From positions 1 to 41,986 of the forward strand of contig CBFFRQ010000184.1 of the NCBI GenBank assembly GCA_965644315.1: a stretch of DNA of 41,986 bases. The letters are read 5' to 3'. This document shows, piece by piece, positions 29,701-37,000 of the stretch. How positions within the stretch are numbered: position 1 is the stretch's first letter; each line of letters opens with the position of its first letter. The notes beneath the pieces were generated by a model. The model was not told the origin of the DNA, did not search any database, and saw only the letters and a program-made list of their open reading frames with translations. The position numbers and the translations under genes are program-made. Source of the stretch: Caecitellus pseudoparvulus (Eukaryota; Protista; Bigyra: Bicosoecida).

Positions 29701-31476
29701 CGACAAGTGCAGCCCCCAAACTTTCAGGGAGCTGTCCCCACACAGCGCAGTCGTGTACGCTTCAATCAGCGAGTCTGCAGTGAAGCCCTCGTGGACGTGA
29801 AAGCTGCTCACGTTTGAGCCTGCTACTTTGCTCAGCTTCTGTAGAGCTTCAGTGGTTTTGCCACACCCCGGGCCGCCTGTGATGACCTCAAGTCCGGCCA
29901 GGTGTCGCATGCTTTTGCCAATGTCTGCAGTCAAGGACTGGACGTCAGCCTCAGAAGGCTCCGGGCACAGTGGTAGCTCTGAAAGCTCAGTTAACAAACC
30001 CACACCTGCAGGAGAAGTAAAGATGAGGTGCACATGCACACGCAGAGGTTGCCCGGCCACAGCAACAGCGAGTTGCTCCAGCACAGTGGTTGGCAAGGTG
30101 TTAGGGGCAAGCACGTATGCGTAGCCATAGGAGGCGTCAGCGCACGCCAAGCAAGTCAAGAAGTCACTCAGATCGATGGGTGTTGTCGAGGCAGAGCATG
30201 AGAGCACTTGGTGAGGAGCAGGAAATGAGTCCTCTTCTGCCCGGGAATGCAACAGGCATCCAGCAAGACAACTTCGCAGCGACGCGCCGGCACACAGCTG
30301 CCAGGTGGCTTGGATGGGATCGGGCTCTTCCGGGTACCGTTGTACGCTTTGCAGAGCTTTAGCAAAAGCCTCAGCCGCCCAATCCAGTGCCTCACGTGCT
30401 GTGGCCACTTGCGCCAACGACTCGCAGCTATCCGCCATGGAAGCTGCAACAGCGCTGCGGTTTTCACCAGCGAGGTCAATTCTTGCAGCCAACTCAAAAA
30501 CCGCAACTAAAGAGTCCAAGTGCAAGTCCTTCTGAACTGCAGCCTTCTCTGCATCGGGCTCAGACTCGCTCGTGCCCTCTCCTGAGGCAGCGCCGCCAGG
30601 AGCAGCCCTGTCCTTTGCCATGGTCAACACCAGTTCGAAGAGGCCCAGCAGCTGCTGTCGAGGCAAGTGGCACAGGCGTGGGGACAGAAGGCGAGTTTTC
30701 TCCAGCGCTTCTTTCCACGCTGTCAACTCCTTCTCCAAAAAAACACAGAAAGCCTTCGTGGCCACAAGCAAGTTGCCTTCGTCAGATTCCACTCTCAGTG
30801 AGATGTCTCCCACCCTAGCCTGGTAGGCAGGATGCCCGAGCTGCTGCAAGTTGGACAACAGCGTCGCACAGAGCTGCGATGCTTCATAGCTTGCAATGAA
30901 GTCATCTATCGCCGGATTTTTGACGGATGTCCGCGACAGTCGCGCAAAGAAAGCGTTCTCATTCAACTGCTCTGGGGAGAGCACAAAGCTGGCTGACTCG
31001 CCTTGGGAGTACTCGAGCTGCACACTTGCAGGACCACCTAGCGAAGACGTTCGAGCGAAGAAGGTTCCGCTTTCGACGAAAACGGGGGCTTGAAGCAGGA
31101 CCACTGCAGAGCCACTCGAGCCCAGTTGCTTCGACTCTGAGGCGACTGTTCCAGTGCGCCTCAGCTTCACACCAACTTCAGTGGAGAGAGTGTCCCCCGC
31201 CGCTTGGGCCAGGACTTGTCGCGAGCCCTTGCTCGAGGCAGTTGCGCTGGAGCCTCGCACAGCCTCTGCATACTCGAAGACAGTGCCACCTGAGGTGACA
31301 TACTTGTTGATGGGTTCCATCCAGCGCAGGATTCCGAGGGTAGGATGGCGAACTGAGTCCAAGTGGTGGCCATGTTGAAGAAAACGCCCAAACTCTTCGT
31401 CCCATGCAATTTCCGCAATCCGCGGGACAGCGCTCTCTTCCACGCCATGAACTAAAAAACCACCATCAGCTGCCAT
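17764..31476 (-). CDS. Giant RNF213/mysterin-like multi-AAA+ ATPase (~4570 aa in this exon; may have additional exons)
   Basis: Walker A motifs GPGCGKT (~29860), GDTGVGK (~28400), GPPGCGKT (~26445). Walker B motifs LFIDELNT and VVMDEAGL. RNF213-type motifs YQCSQAT, ILDAAKTNR, MYDLLNHRY, VHQDFRLVV, PLLNRF. Cys/His cluster CPNPDC...CGQHSH...GCGTRF (~20430-20590). Acceptor-like CCCTGTGCAG just upstream of ATG 31476. Confidence 0.8.
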   Translation of the reverse strand: MAADGGFLVHGVEESAVPRIAEIAWDEEFGRFLQHGHHLDSVRHPTLGILRWMEPINKYVTSGGTVFEYAEAVRGSSATASSKGSRQVLAQAAGDTLSTEVGVKLRRTGTVASESKQLGSSGSAVVLLQAPVFVESGTFFARTSSLGGPASVQLEYSQGESASFVLSPEQLNENAFFARLSRTSVKNPAIDDFIASYEASQLCATLLSNLQQLGHPAYQARVGDISLRVESDEGNLLVATKAFCVFLEKELTAWKEALEKTRLLSPRLCHLPRQQLLGLFELVLTMAKDRAAPGGAASGEGTSESEPDAEKAAVQKDLHLDSLVAVFELAARIDLAGENRSAVAASMADSCESLAQVATAREALDWAAEAFAKALQSVQRYPEEPDPIQATWQLCAGASLRSCLAGCLLHSRAEEDSFPAPHQVLSCSASTTPIDLSDFLTCLACADASYGYAYVLAPNTLPTTVLEQLAVAVAGQPLRVHVHLIFTSPAGVGLLTELSELPLCPEPSEADVQSLTADIGKSMRHLAGLEVITGGPGCGKTTEALQKLSKVAGSNVSSFHVHEGFTADSLIEAYTTALCGDSSLKVWGLHLSLTEGADLAMLDSILAHLALCNCLGDSAHGTVSGFRPGFKLHVVVELPAIVKHGKQPAWPPEAGTTEPRDHPFLPKLPSLSLLPATWTATHSGLQHIVIDETWRDACLAIGLASALGGATDPVHQAFQESVKDIREMGRLVRSKLPELTDDACRRILEQGLTSLGVLRALQSQPSAGGGWRTGTPTVGHLAAFVKVLSRLWRKLLEAGEHNAARIPPPEDQQMKRRGRGFAHAGTAPSIVNLTPTPEFFSLQKKHLKAFNSLAYGDESKGTEAMQGKIFSLCIDDFWRPVLNVILSESCRVATDSSEKVRYSSLFSSVMDTGVKALTDRENKVLDWSIMVSSRDRQEPPATVFGIDSSHPFVLSVCEDRAMDEVKLAHMRMTIAPTLGMLNTSLLQPALESCGFILTPFVLMNMLNVHQRCLSRQPVLMSGDTGVGKDLLMQAYSTVRNATFMQKLNVLPIIALAMRRYLVHATSAAVKAAPEDELDATVEHVTQRLAAIGRLRNVEEARAFVAGSEGSGAAATQRVPHWAVPVLAESAFTFNLQTSSSARDLSGAIQAVVEASEGEEQSSFVYMLLFVLAVVLEHSPALSKLIPPEVATLATDAVEHYMKSKAPAPIAMASVKDIKRAGLLPGMNFRDGLLKKLHEKTQELENARSGQEAPRRGSRVAAPKLSVTATILSDAVRLVQAALIARPPQQFERHLMHEGVTPDVWRAIVNNAKANVQALTELASDGDDFVYVLFIDELNTAGALHMIAEAFSNHTMDGEPLPGVLFLAGAINPHGFRAGESKSSVDQTHVSSSLPSGEAHAGAGASEHERLATTSFVVKHLPGPLERLLVNSPKLTTGVEEAFIAGIKERIMQQASSGRLASIVAQLRVGAGAGLMQNEASVMAAFQQGLDAFGSMLSFAQEKVRSYALNRMHLSFRDLVRATNLFKWLLQLKVHPTLRGSSLLDKTRVVNPFLPPGILVTSTESLFAHVVQVALVAIGCVYWMRLPGEGHKGYDGSDLLDLRSDFSEALHEHCEGVGFVCEDVATTVSAATRHLFSKISFRPLGLAETVPLLENFFSAVLCVNVEPAMSLLITGPPGCGKTLAVGMCGENSQGRESGSPLFRQLKRMKVLNYQCSQATSVEEIEALYSTAYAQRAGHARSGSAHTRLVVVMDEAGLPSEKQHALKAAHDTWDDPSGVPTILMSNSILDAAKTNRCMHVQHTAASSHDIRLLCSALLLLPWNRPSVSRVIVKADDPLKERLQRRIDLVCGIADAFQLVQDAVRCFKWLHLRDFVYFCRFLRYELGQKPLDTLTPKILLLALQRCMQVVECSTDAMSEFGAIARTFMDGRVASSSETGGAVATPGCGFQVVMSRDEVVDMKRQISATELKPDILRAMESNIRAGFADDPSESPHRHTMIIDRSDTEAGVHWLFQRGILQQDLTIEVNVADLGVDAEQLRTAEVLRQVKAAAEGGKTLLLVNCNHVIFTAMYDLLNHRYHIISTGSGHAYYANITIGALSLAVAVHQDFRLVVHVPFWKLPELPSPLLNRFSKFSVSAAQILKASAHRYLESFEFLQGEVAAQSRLLQNVLHGVRDFVAFVCSSQPEAAFTGFDSSETIPALILQVLSKAAESGGTSPAMTDDALALELVERCNMELLSILRPDFVMQSGVLKRLPSAYIDVYMKEQEHFSGAQFLRNAIAASGRGSNARPLSLLTCRSSTGVLQLQQDEERASIMLGCPVVHVTKGHREVKWKEVSGLGSGQPCAFVAALSDCPSAATAEHLVDEFLEVCSRVATADRSPDAVFPTLIFTITEHVHKGSHPQVALMKRMLSRKWGSLHECLRALQPRAVLVLHAGSDERNLVERFPFVPTGLDWQHIVADAVDEVSESDAAAQASADEEAKQWLLAAAQRELSKDISWFKSKLRPSVESGVKEACSNLDASVMGMKPETLAKRGVVLSTAIYQGFPALRKKAREVMQDSVAHGVLLDALMDMFALVWRGLVGTLTSDAAEGVSSSAVTESMVVHLRKRLQDLSFGMVQAFLARSARDFGFEAMCKLRAEGSSPVLLEFAAEAVKSVLNIEVGRHVSLTSVSRKQGREKVPSPVVPAAAELPFGFTVLRSLKLVSDACKQRVQGLEEQFALARSLLAADGDVQLGFEHMQSCFELLQERDELMLLLSRDFLKLYCNVVEVDDADFVSEGRHLQGFAKAVVPMMPHEFDHIAGELLQRVRALATQHIFPGSVPLTFFLRHRALTRFVSEVIASVYSSRSLGAAPAVPVSGSASGAGRILDAVQAAVEGLLDGPESESQVCEWLGRVAAARQGSCRTAEGVCHDEQLFGKCAQLVCMSEVLMRAPEGILGLLIARIKAVATDPGLRGQLPLDTMLFVLGQYASLSADVPDGYLEEFHCMMSSAFLACFQWILPGCEGAFGSTAAKQAIIRTALFMEPSTPLTLPGGEAPMSLLRLLNKDAPSALPCLARVQLLSQLHTHAGFSEQLAQVSFKTESATFVPTALCIALSRQVAALYGWEVAHLETHASYDLLVWMLARHTSEHILHIGPTNTCPLEPAAAEVLSSRHADARSTLDKARVAAESLVFCELLAAMLGSNPDHESVRARPVKEAMKRLQGASPAWGAVVMAHIAGSERGYDRLTRVLAHEGILKELGLEAWHLAYFAESSEEAKAVCAEFVSTPLSADDFHDKLVALVKACSSKVLALRPALGRCAAGLKSHRCTHWLTSPTTQLVLGLEAAAGDAKVKAEEGMELPGSLLAGAVLHELVDGQHGNSLHFATHIPVMLSFYQWCNEELAGKVSEAEAWELPMVDALSRKRLDQVTVDVGRKKLDEFVKSWNLLQAAFGMYEAVCGHQAELEQGIPRLCIGNEDGCKQLMVSDVLSFSFTESEMERALPLRMLRERLVKSQNAMMELDATRQLRAMTALTGINRGGCLLEATHGSRALKHIASTGISFRELVMHTGEVDPYVDQEEGGEAAPLSLVDKLRRLIPFFLRWEADVEYNDVEPGHDSKAMEEADFLDQQEREAAFDEGRSTQQLMHEQKYSICPNPDCQRLMERAMYSDAGVCGQHSHESAAETAARLEAERQSGKKRGCGTRFSYIAQRVPKPSPGEPPLDLFLPEKYKLRLSSEEARAKWLAARTAASADSQPFAAGHVRVDAENLARFILPLIMRGKVRLDVSDLQEACRFKREVEQAATSAAEPEFDGQLSMELKFEPLLDQHEDQAEEVPEVPEAPEVSEEQSLLEEALLLCEEAGVEWKDSKIMASSLTDKQWRELLRSATDSVRKLLEEGILATSLSKPLFSGKVSGTSRRLRRLAVGSYRSFVRQFQKHLEKEAAENALPASIMEEVDECLRKIEELVAEGDTKSAQSDLDMLQHLKNALAEASVSWLSQSSSESLLADNQFVHAALYGEKKPKNSMAHVLLGITKADGTAAEGVLVGAFVLVTNTIQQLSQRLRAILQSAEDFKQGDGSGKSPRHKYAPKLRFASDTSKPDFLDSAPIDHALAADEALKLDAHKQMREQEREAARLEPTGGQAMPQAQSRGGQAMPQPLRTGGRGSLHFGGGHPQAGTAAKKEQPMRRIGQPPGEMPLECEQDVVNALAHLNASALACGTLDDESMHLASRVREALDGDLRDVLSDFKVIEFTNGVDDLVEQHAPSSAGQESKGITLSVTLLGASDPSSDSCFLRSMQRSRKIRLTDSILESIPEFQAAVLKVLKKRSPPSEHCFMLKWTGIPTPVALNEANFAAFKTALRSPSESRFSVGVVSMDACMQAVPLLLLGLPGDGPTGRELEAQTEIKLDIRVPVNVRAIFDEVHVPASSRDKFIVEFCTSAGTKAPGSDLSGVVLQSIHVRPRQACHVALYVVSDMEQDIRALETLGTQHVGGREVLAGPIAVQLDPTQTFAEQVAACYAAVGLPAPEDDSIMVLHDADWIDEEWDPETVELGKHVAVEVEEVPHAMPLPDPLCVWGGKTVALARSTVALPRHQG

Positions 31477-32149
31477 AATCTGCACAGGGATGCAGCAAGC
31501 GTCAGTTTTCCAGTTTATTGGCCGGATTCCCCCGAGGCAGCGCACAAAAGAAACCCGCAAGCGCCTACGACAAGCACTTGAGATACAAGCACGTGGGGAA
31601 TCTAAACAACTCCGATGGCCGATGCCAGACACAGCAACGATAAGCACCCATAACATACAAACTGGCTGATGCTTTCGTTCGGCTGCGCGCAGCAATCCGC
31701 AGGAAAGGGAGCTTGAAGTCTGCTGCACAGGGTGCTCTTCAACTTCAACTACACACCGGACGATGTGGAGGACACCGACGCACCTCACAGAGCTAGCAAG
31801 CTTCGATGAGGTGGGTGGAGGGAGTGCAATGCTTCATGATCAAATGGTCTGAAGCATGTTGGTTTTTGAGTGGAAGGGAAGACTGCCCGCAGAGTTGGCC
31901 ATCCTGAGGTGGTCAACACAGCTGCGGCAGCTTCACTCGAAGGGAAGATCCATGGGCAGCACGGACCGTGAGCGATTTGTTCATGGTTTGAGGTCTGCGG
32001 TGGTAGTGCCTGGCAGTGTACATAGCTTGCTGCAGCGTCAAGGTCAGACCGTCAGCACGCTGCGACTTCGAGGTACCCACACAAGCCCTGGCCACTGCCT
32101 GGTTCGTCGGGAAGCCACAGCACCAGTGCGGCAGAGGCGTCCGGAGTTC

Positions 32150-33421
32150 TCAAGACGCCCCGCACATCCTAATCAGCACTATGTCACGACGGGCGAGTCG
32201 CGTGCTGGTTCCGTACCATGCAGCGTCCCTGCCAGGCTGCACAGCCACCTTGCCCACCGCTTGCCTCACCCCCAACGGTACTGCACGCTCACCGGTCAGG
32301 CCCAGCAGCTCGCGCGTGATGTCCCCTCGCTGACTTGCACACGCCAGTCGGAAGGCGGCGTGGCGTGTGCCCCATGCTGGCGCATGCACATCCACCTCTC
32401 GCTCTCCAGTCAGAGCCAACATCTCGCGCACCACTTCAATTTGGCCATGTAGACAAGCAGCCCGAAAGCTAGCCTCAGGCCCGCTCCTGTCTGCAGCGTG
32501 TACGTCAACTTCTCGCCCGCCAGTCAACCCCAGCAGCTCGCGCACCACCTGCAAGTGTCCAAGTTTGCATGCTGCTCGGAAACCTGCCTCAGCCCCAGCT
32601 ACATCCATCGCATGCACATCCACTGAACGGGCACCCCTCAGCGCCAATAGCATGCGAACGACCTCCACGTCACCGCTTGCACATGCTGCGCGAAACCCAG
32701 CTTCTGGTCCACTGCCGTCCCCTGCGTGGACATACACTGCCCTGCTTCCTTTGAGCGCCAACAGCTCACGCACAACCTCCACACGCCCCCACGCGCACGC
32801 CAGCCGGAAGGCATCTTCAGGACCATCAGTGTCTGCTGCGTGCACGTCCACCTTTCGAGCACCATTCAGAGACAGCAGCTCACGCACCACACCTATGTGC
32901 CCATTCATGCATGCTCTTCGGAAGGCAGCTTCAGGCCCAGTTTCATCAGGAGCATGCACGTCCACTGCCCGGCTCCCACTCAGGGCAAGCAGCGCACGCA
33001 CGGTGTCCAAGTGACCGCGCGCACAAGCTTCTCGAAAGCCGGCCTCGGGCCCAGTTCGATCGGGCGCATGCACATCAACGGCACGGTCGCCAGCCAACTC
33101 CAACAACTGGCGCACAACCTCCGCCTGGCCGTTACCGCAGGCAAGGCGGAAACCATGCTCAGGGCCAGACCAGTTTCCAGTGTGCACATCCACTGCCCTG
33201 CTGCCGCTCAAGGCCAGCAATCTTTGCAGAAGGCGAACGTGGCCCACCCTGCAAGCCAGTAGAAAGGCCGCATTTGACTCCTCCCCGGTCAACCAGGCAA
33301 GCCCAGGTTTACCCAGTTGACATGAGCCCTCCATGGTCAAGAATAACGTTTCCGTCTTTCGCCCTTTGCAAGCAGCCTTCCACTCTTCGGGGCTGCTGAT
33401 GAGCTGAACAATGTGCGCCAT
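32150..33421 (-). CDS. Ankyrin-like repeat protein with nine 38-aa repeats
   Basis: Consensus AxFRxACxxGHxEVVRELLALxGxRAVDVHAxDxxGPE repeated 9 times. Likely ATG at 33421 (MAHIVQ). Confidence 0.85.
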   Translation of the reverse strand: MAHIVQLISSPEEWKAACKGRKTETLFLTMEGSCQLGKPGLAWLTGEESNAAFLLACRVGHVRLLQRLLALSGSRAVDVHTGNWSGPEHGFRLACGNGQAEVVRQLLELAGDRAVDVHAPDRTGPEAGFREACARGHLDTVRALLALSGSRAVDVHAPDETGPEAAFRRACMNGHIGVVRELLSLNGARKVDVHAADTDGPEDAFRLACAWGRVEVVRELLALKGSRAVYVHAGDGSGPEAGFRAACASGDVEVVRMLLALRGARSVDVHAMDVAGAEAGFRAACKLGHLQVVRELLGLTGGREVDVHAADRSGPEASFRAACLHGQIEVVREMLALTGEREVDVHAPAWGTRHAAFRLACASQRGDITRELLGLTGERAVPLGVRQAVGKVAVQPGRDAAWYGTSTRLARRDIVLIRMCGAS

Positions 33422-34091
33422 GGCGTGGTGAGCTACACCTTCGTTCGACGTCGTCTCGTGACCGTAGGACTCGCTAGAAGACACCGATTGGGACGCCGAA
33501 TCAGCCCAACTACAACTGGAAGGAAATCCGTGGTCTTGTTTTGTGCTCTTGGCCAGCAAAACTAGCCGAAGGCGGGTAGTGCCACACTCCCCAAGTGTTG
33601 TCAAATTCCGCAAATGTACCGGGCCTTCTCGCGTAAACTCGAGTCTCTAGGTTTGGCAGTACCCTACGAAACTGCACGAGTACTTTTGAGTTTAGGTGCA
33701 TAGGGCGAGGGGCGTGCCATACGCCTTATTTCAATACATTGGGAAGTGACATTGTGAAAATTCGAAGTTGATGCTAAGGTGTCGGACGACCGTCGCAAGC
33801 CATAGATGTTGTTGTCCCGATATCATCATGAAGCAATGCATTCATGGTCATCACGCACGGTTGGGCAGAGTTTGGCCACCTTGCTCCAGCACACGTCAGT
33901 GTGCTGGCCAACTCTCTCGCCTCCCTGGTGGATGGTGCTCCGACATGGTCACTCAGTGCTGTTCGCCGAGCTACTTTGGCGCGCACGACCTTTGCATAAA
34001 CACAGTCCACCCTCTCCTCCCCTTCAATGAGCGAATGGTTTCGCGAGACACCTGCTGCCGAGCCAAGTGCCTCGCCCTGACGACTAGGGGC

Positions 34092-37000
34092 TCACTCCCA
34101 GTCGTCGTCCCCCTCTCCATCACGATGCACTTCCGTGTGCGCATCCTCTACGAGCGCGCCGACTAAGTCGAACCCGCCCTCAACATCAGCCGTTGAGCTG
34201 TCGCTATCCGAGTCTCCAGTTGACTCGTGGAAACCAAAAGCATGGATGACCGCGCGGTCTCCGGTGGCCTCAGTCTTGCGCCACACGGTTCCCTGCATCA
34301 AGCCGGAAGCAGCGCCGGCTGCCGCGTCGGCTGCAACAGCGGTTCGCAGGATCCAGGTTCCACGACGAAGTGTCGGGTCCACAATCGGCTCGCTCGTCTC
34401 CACACGTGACACCTCCTGACCGCGGTCCCCACCCACCACGTACTCAGTGCTCAGCTTCCAGGCACCGCTGGCCGGCACTGCCGTGCCAGGCGTCCACGCC
34501 AGCGCAACATCCTCGCCATCCTCCCCTGCCCCCTGGACGTACAGCGTGTCGTCCGCGAAGCGCCAGGCACCCGACACCGCATGCAGGGGCTGGTGGGAGG
34601 GCACGCGGTGGTGCATGCCGGCTGCATCCTGCACCACCACAAAGTACGCCAAGCGCCACCTGCCGCGTGGCACGCTTCCCAGAGGATCGCTTTCGGGCAC
34701 CACTTGGCGGTGCACAACGTCACCTGAACCTGCTAGAAGCACCCTCACTGCGTCCGTTTCAGACAGTGCCTCTGATGCATCCGTCTCCTGGCTCACGGCA
34801 CTCTGCAAGTTCCACCTTGAAGACACTGTGGTCAAGGTCAGTTCGTCCGCCATGGCCTTGATCATTGCCTGTGTCACAGCGTCTGACTCGGAGTCTTCAG
34901 ATGCATCTGAACTCTCGTCTGCGTCGACGACAGCCCACCTTGGGTTCCGGGCTGTAGACACAGCCCACCCGCCACTCGCAGGTGCTGGTTCAGGCTCGGC
35001 ACCCAATGCGACATGCCTCCACTTACCGCTGAAAGCAGCCCCCACCATCGGCTCGCTCGTCTCCACACGTGACACCTCCTGACCGCGGTCCCCACTCACC
35101 ACGTACTCAGTGCTCAGCTTCCAGGCACCGCTGGCCGGCACTGCCGTGCCAGGCGTCCACGCCAGCGCAACATCCTCGCCATCCTCCCCTGCCCCCTGGA
35201 CGTACAGCGTGTCGTCCGCGAAGCGCCAGGCACCCGACGCCGCATGCAGGGGCTGGTGGGAGGGCACGCGGTGGTGCATGCCGGCTGCATCCTGCACCAC
35301 CACAAAGTGCTCCACATTCCAACGCCCACGCGTCCATCGAGTATCAGCACCAGTGTACACTGGTAGCTTGGCGGCTTGGTGGCCCTCATCATCCTCAAGC
35401 AATCGCCAGCCAACGAGGGCGGTATCTGGCTTTGGCGGCTTGGCCATGGCCAGATCTGCTGGGCCTGCTGCCGCCTTTGGCTTCCCAAGCGGAGCCAGTG
35501 CCACCTTATTAGGAGTTGAGCGCCAAACCCCGCCTTGGCTCATGCGAGGGGTATAGGCCGCGACAGCTTCGTCCTCCGAGGATGATGACTCAGCGGCAAA
35601 AGCAAAGGCGTCAATGACAGCGCCCCGTCCGGGGCCAGAGGACTCAGAGTCTGATGTGTCTTCGTCGACTGCCAGGAAGGCCCACCTACCGCTGGGAGCA
35701 GCCCCCACCATCGGCTCGCTCGTCTCCACACGTGACACCTCCTGACCGCGGTCCCCACCCACCACGTACTCAGTGCTCAGCTTCCAGGCACCGCTGGCCG
35801 GCACTGCCGTGCCAGGCGTCCACGCCAGCGCAACATCCTCGCCATCCTCCCCTGCCCCCTGGACGTACAGCGTGTCGTCCGCGAAGCGCCAGGCACCTGA
35901 GGCCGCATGCAGGGGCTGGTGGGAGGGCACGCGGTGGTGCATGCCGGCTGCATCCTGCACCACCACAAAATGTTCAGACTGCCATTCGCCGTATCGACCA
36001 GCTGCTTCAACGGAAGCAGGGTCCACGACCTCCAGACGAGCCACTTCCACCTGCTGGTCATCCTGCAGCACGCGCCAGCCAACAAGCGCAGGCTCGCGTT
36101 GGTCCGGAACGCGCACGGTGCGAACTGGCTCCTCTTCCTCTTCACTGCTGAGGGTGCCCAGCACGTCATGCACCGCCAGCATGTCATCGCCTGGGATGGG
36201 AGCGACCCTGGAAGAAGACTCTTCGCCATCGCTGTCCTCAGAGTCACTCATGGGCTCAGGGGCAACCTTTGCGCCCTTTGGCGTGGGGTCGAAGTCCTTG
36301 AAGTGGCGGAACAAGTTAAGGCCAGGGTGCTCCTTGGCCTCTTCCACCAGCCAAATTGCTGTGCACACAGCAATGGCAACGAGAAGCAGCACCAGAGCAG
36401 TGATGGTCATGGGCTTTCCAGCTGCCAGCTGGTCAAAGTTGTCCACCACGGCTTCTGGTGCCTGGTCGTCATCATACTCTGAGCCGTCAATGAGGTACAC
36501 CAGGAAGAGTAACCACACCGTCAGCGCCGACAGGAAGAACATGAACTGTGGCAGGCGCCGCAAGCGGTGCAGTGTAAGCGGCGGGTTGCGTACAACCCAG
36601 ACAAGGACACCGGACAATGTGAGTCCAGCAACGACGAAGGCGGCGATCGGCACACTGCGAGCCAAGATAATGCCACAGTAGGCAACTGTGATCTTGGCTG
36701 CGACGAGAACCAGTGCGAAAGAAGGCGCCATCTGCACCTCCAACTTGTCCATCCAGCGCTTTGCCGCCTCTCTAAGCCAGGCACGTCGGGGCACACGAGG
36801 CAGCTGCCTTCCGTCAATGTCCAAGACGCTCAATGGAGCAATGTCCAAGTTCACTTCATCCCAGCGGAACTGGATGCTCAAGCTGGCAGCAGCGAGCGGG
36901 AGCACGATTGCAAGCAGAATGCCACTGACAACCATTGTGGCAATGTGCCTCCAGTGCCAGCAGGCAACCGGGAAGCACTGCAAGGCATCGGCACCGAACC

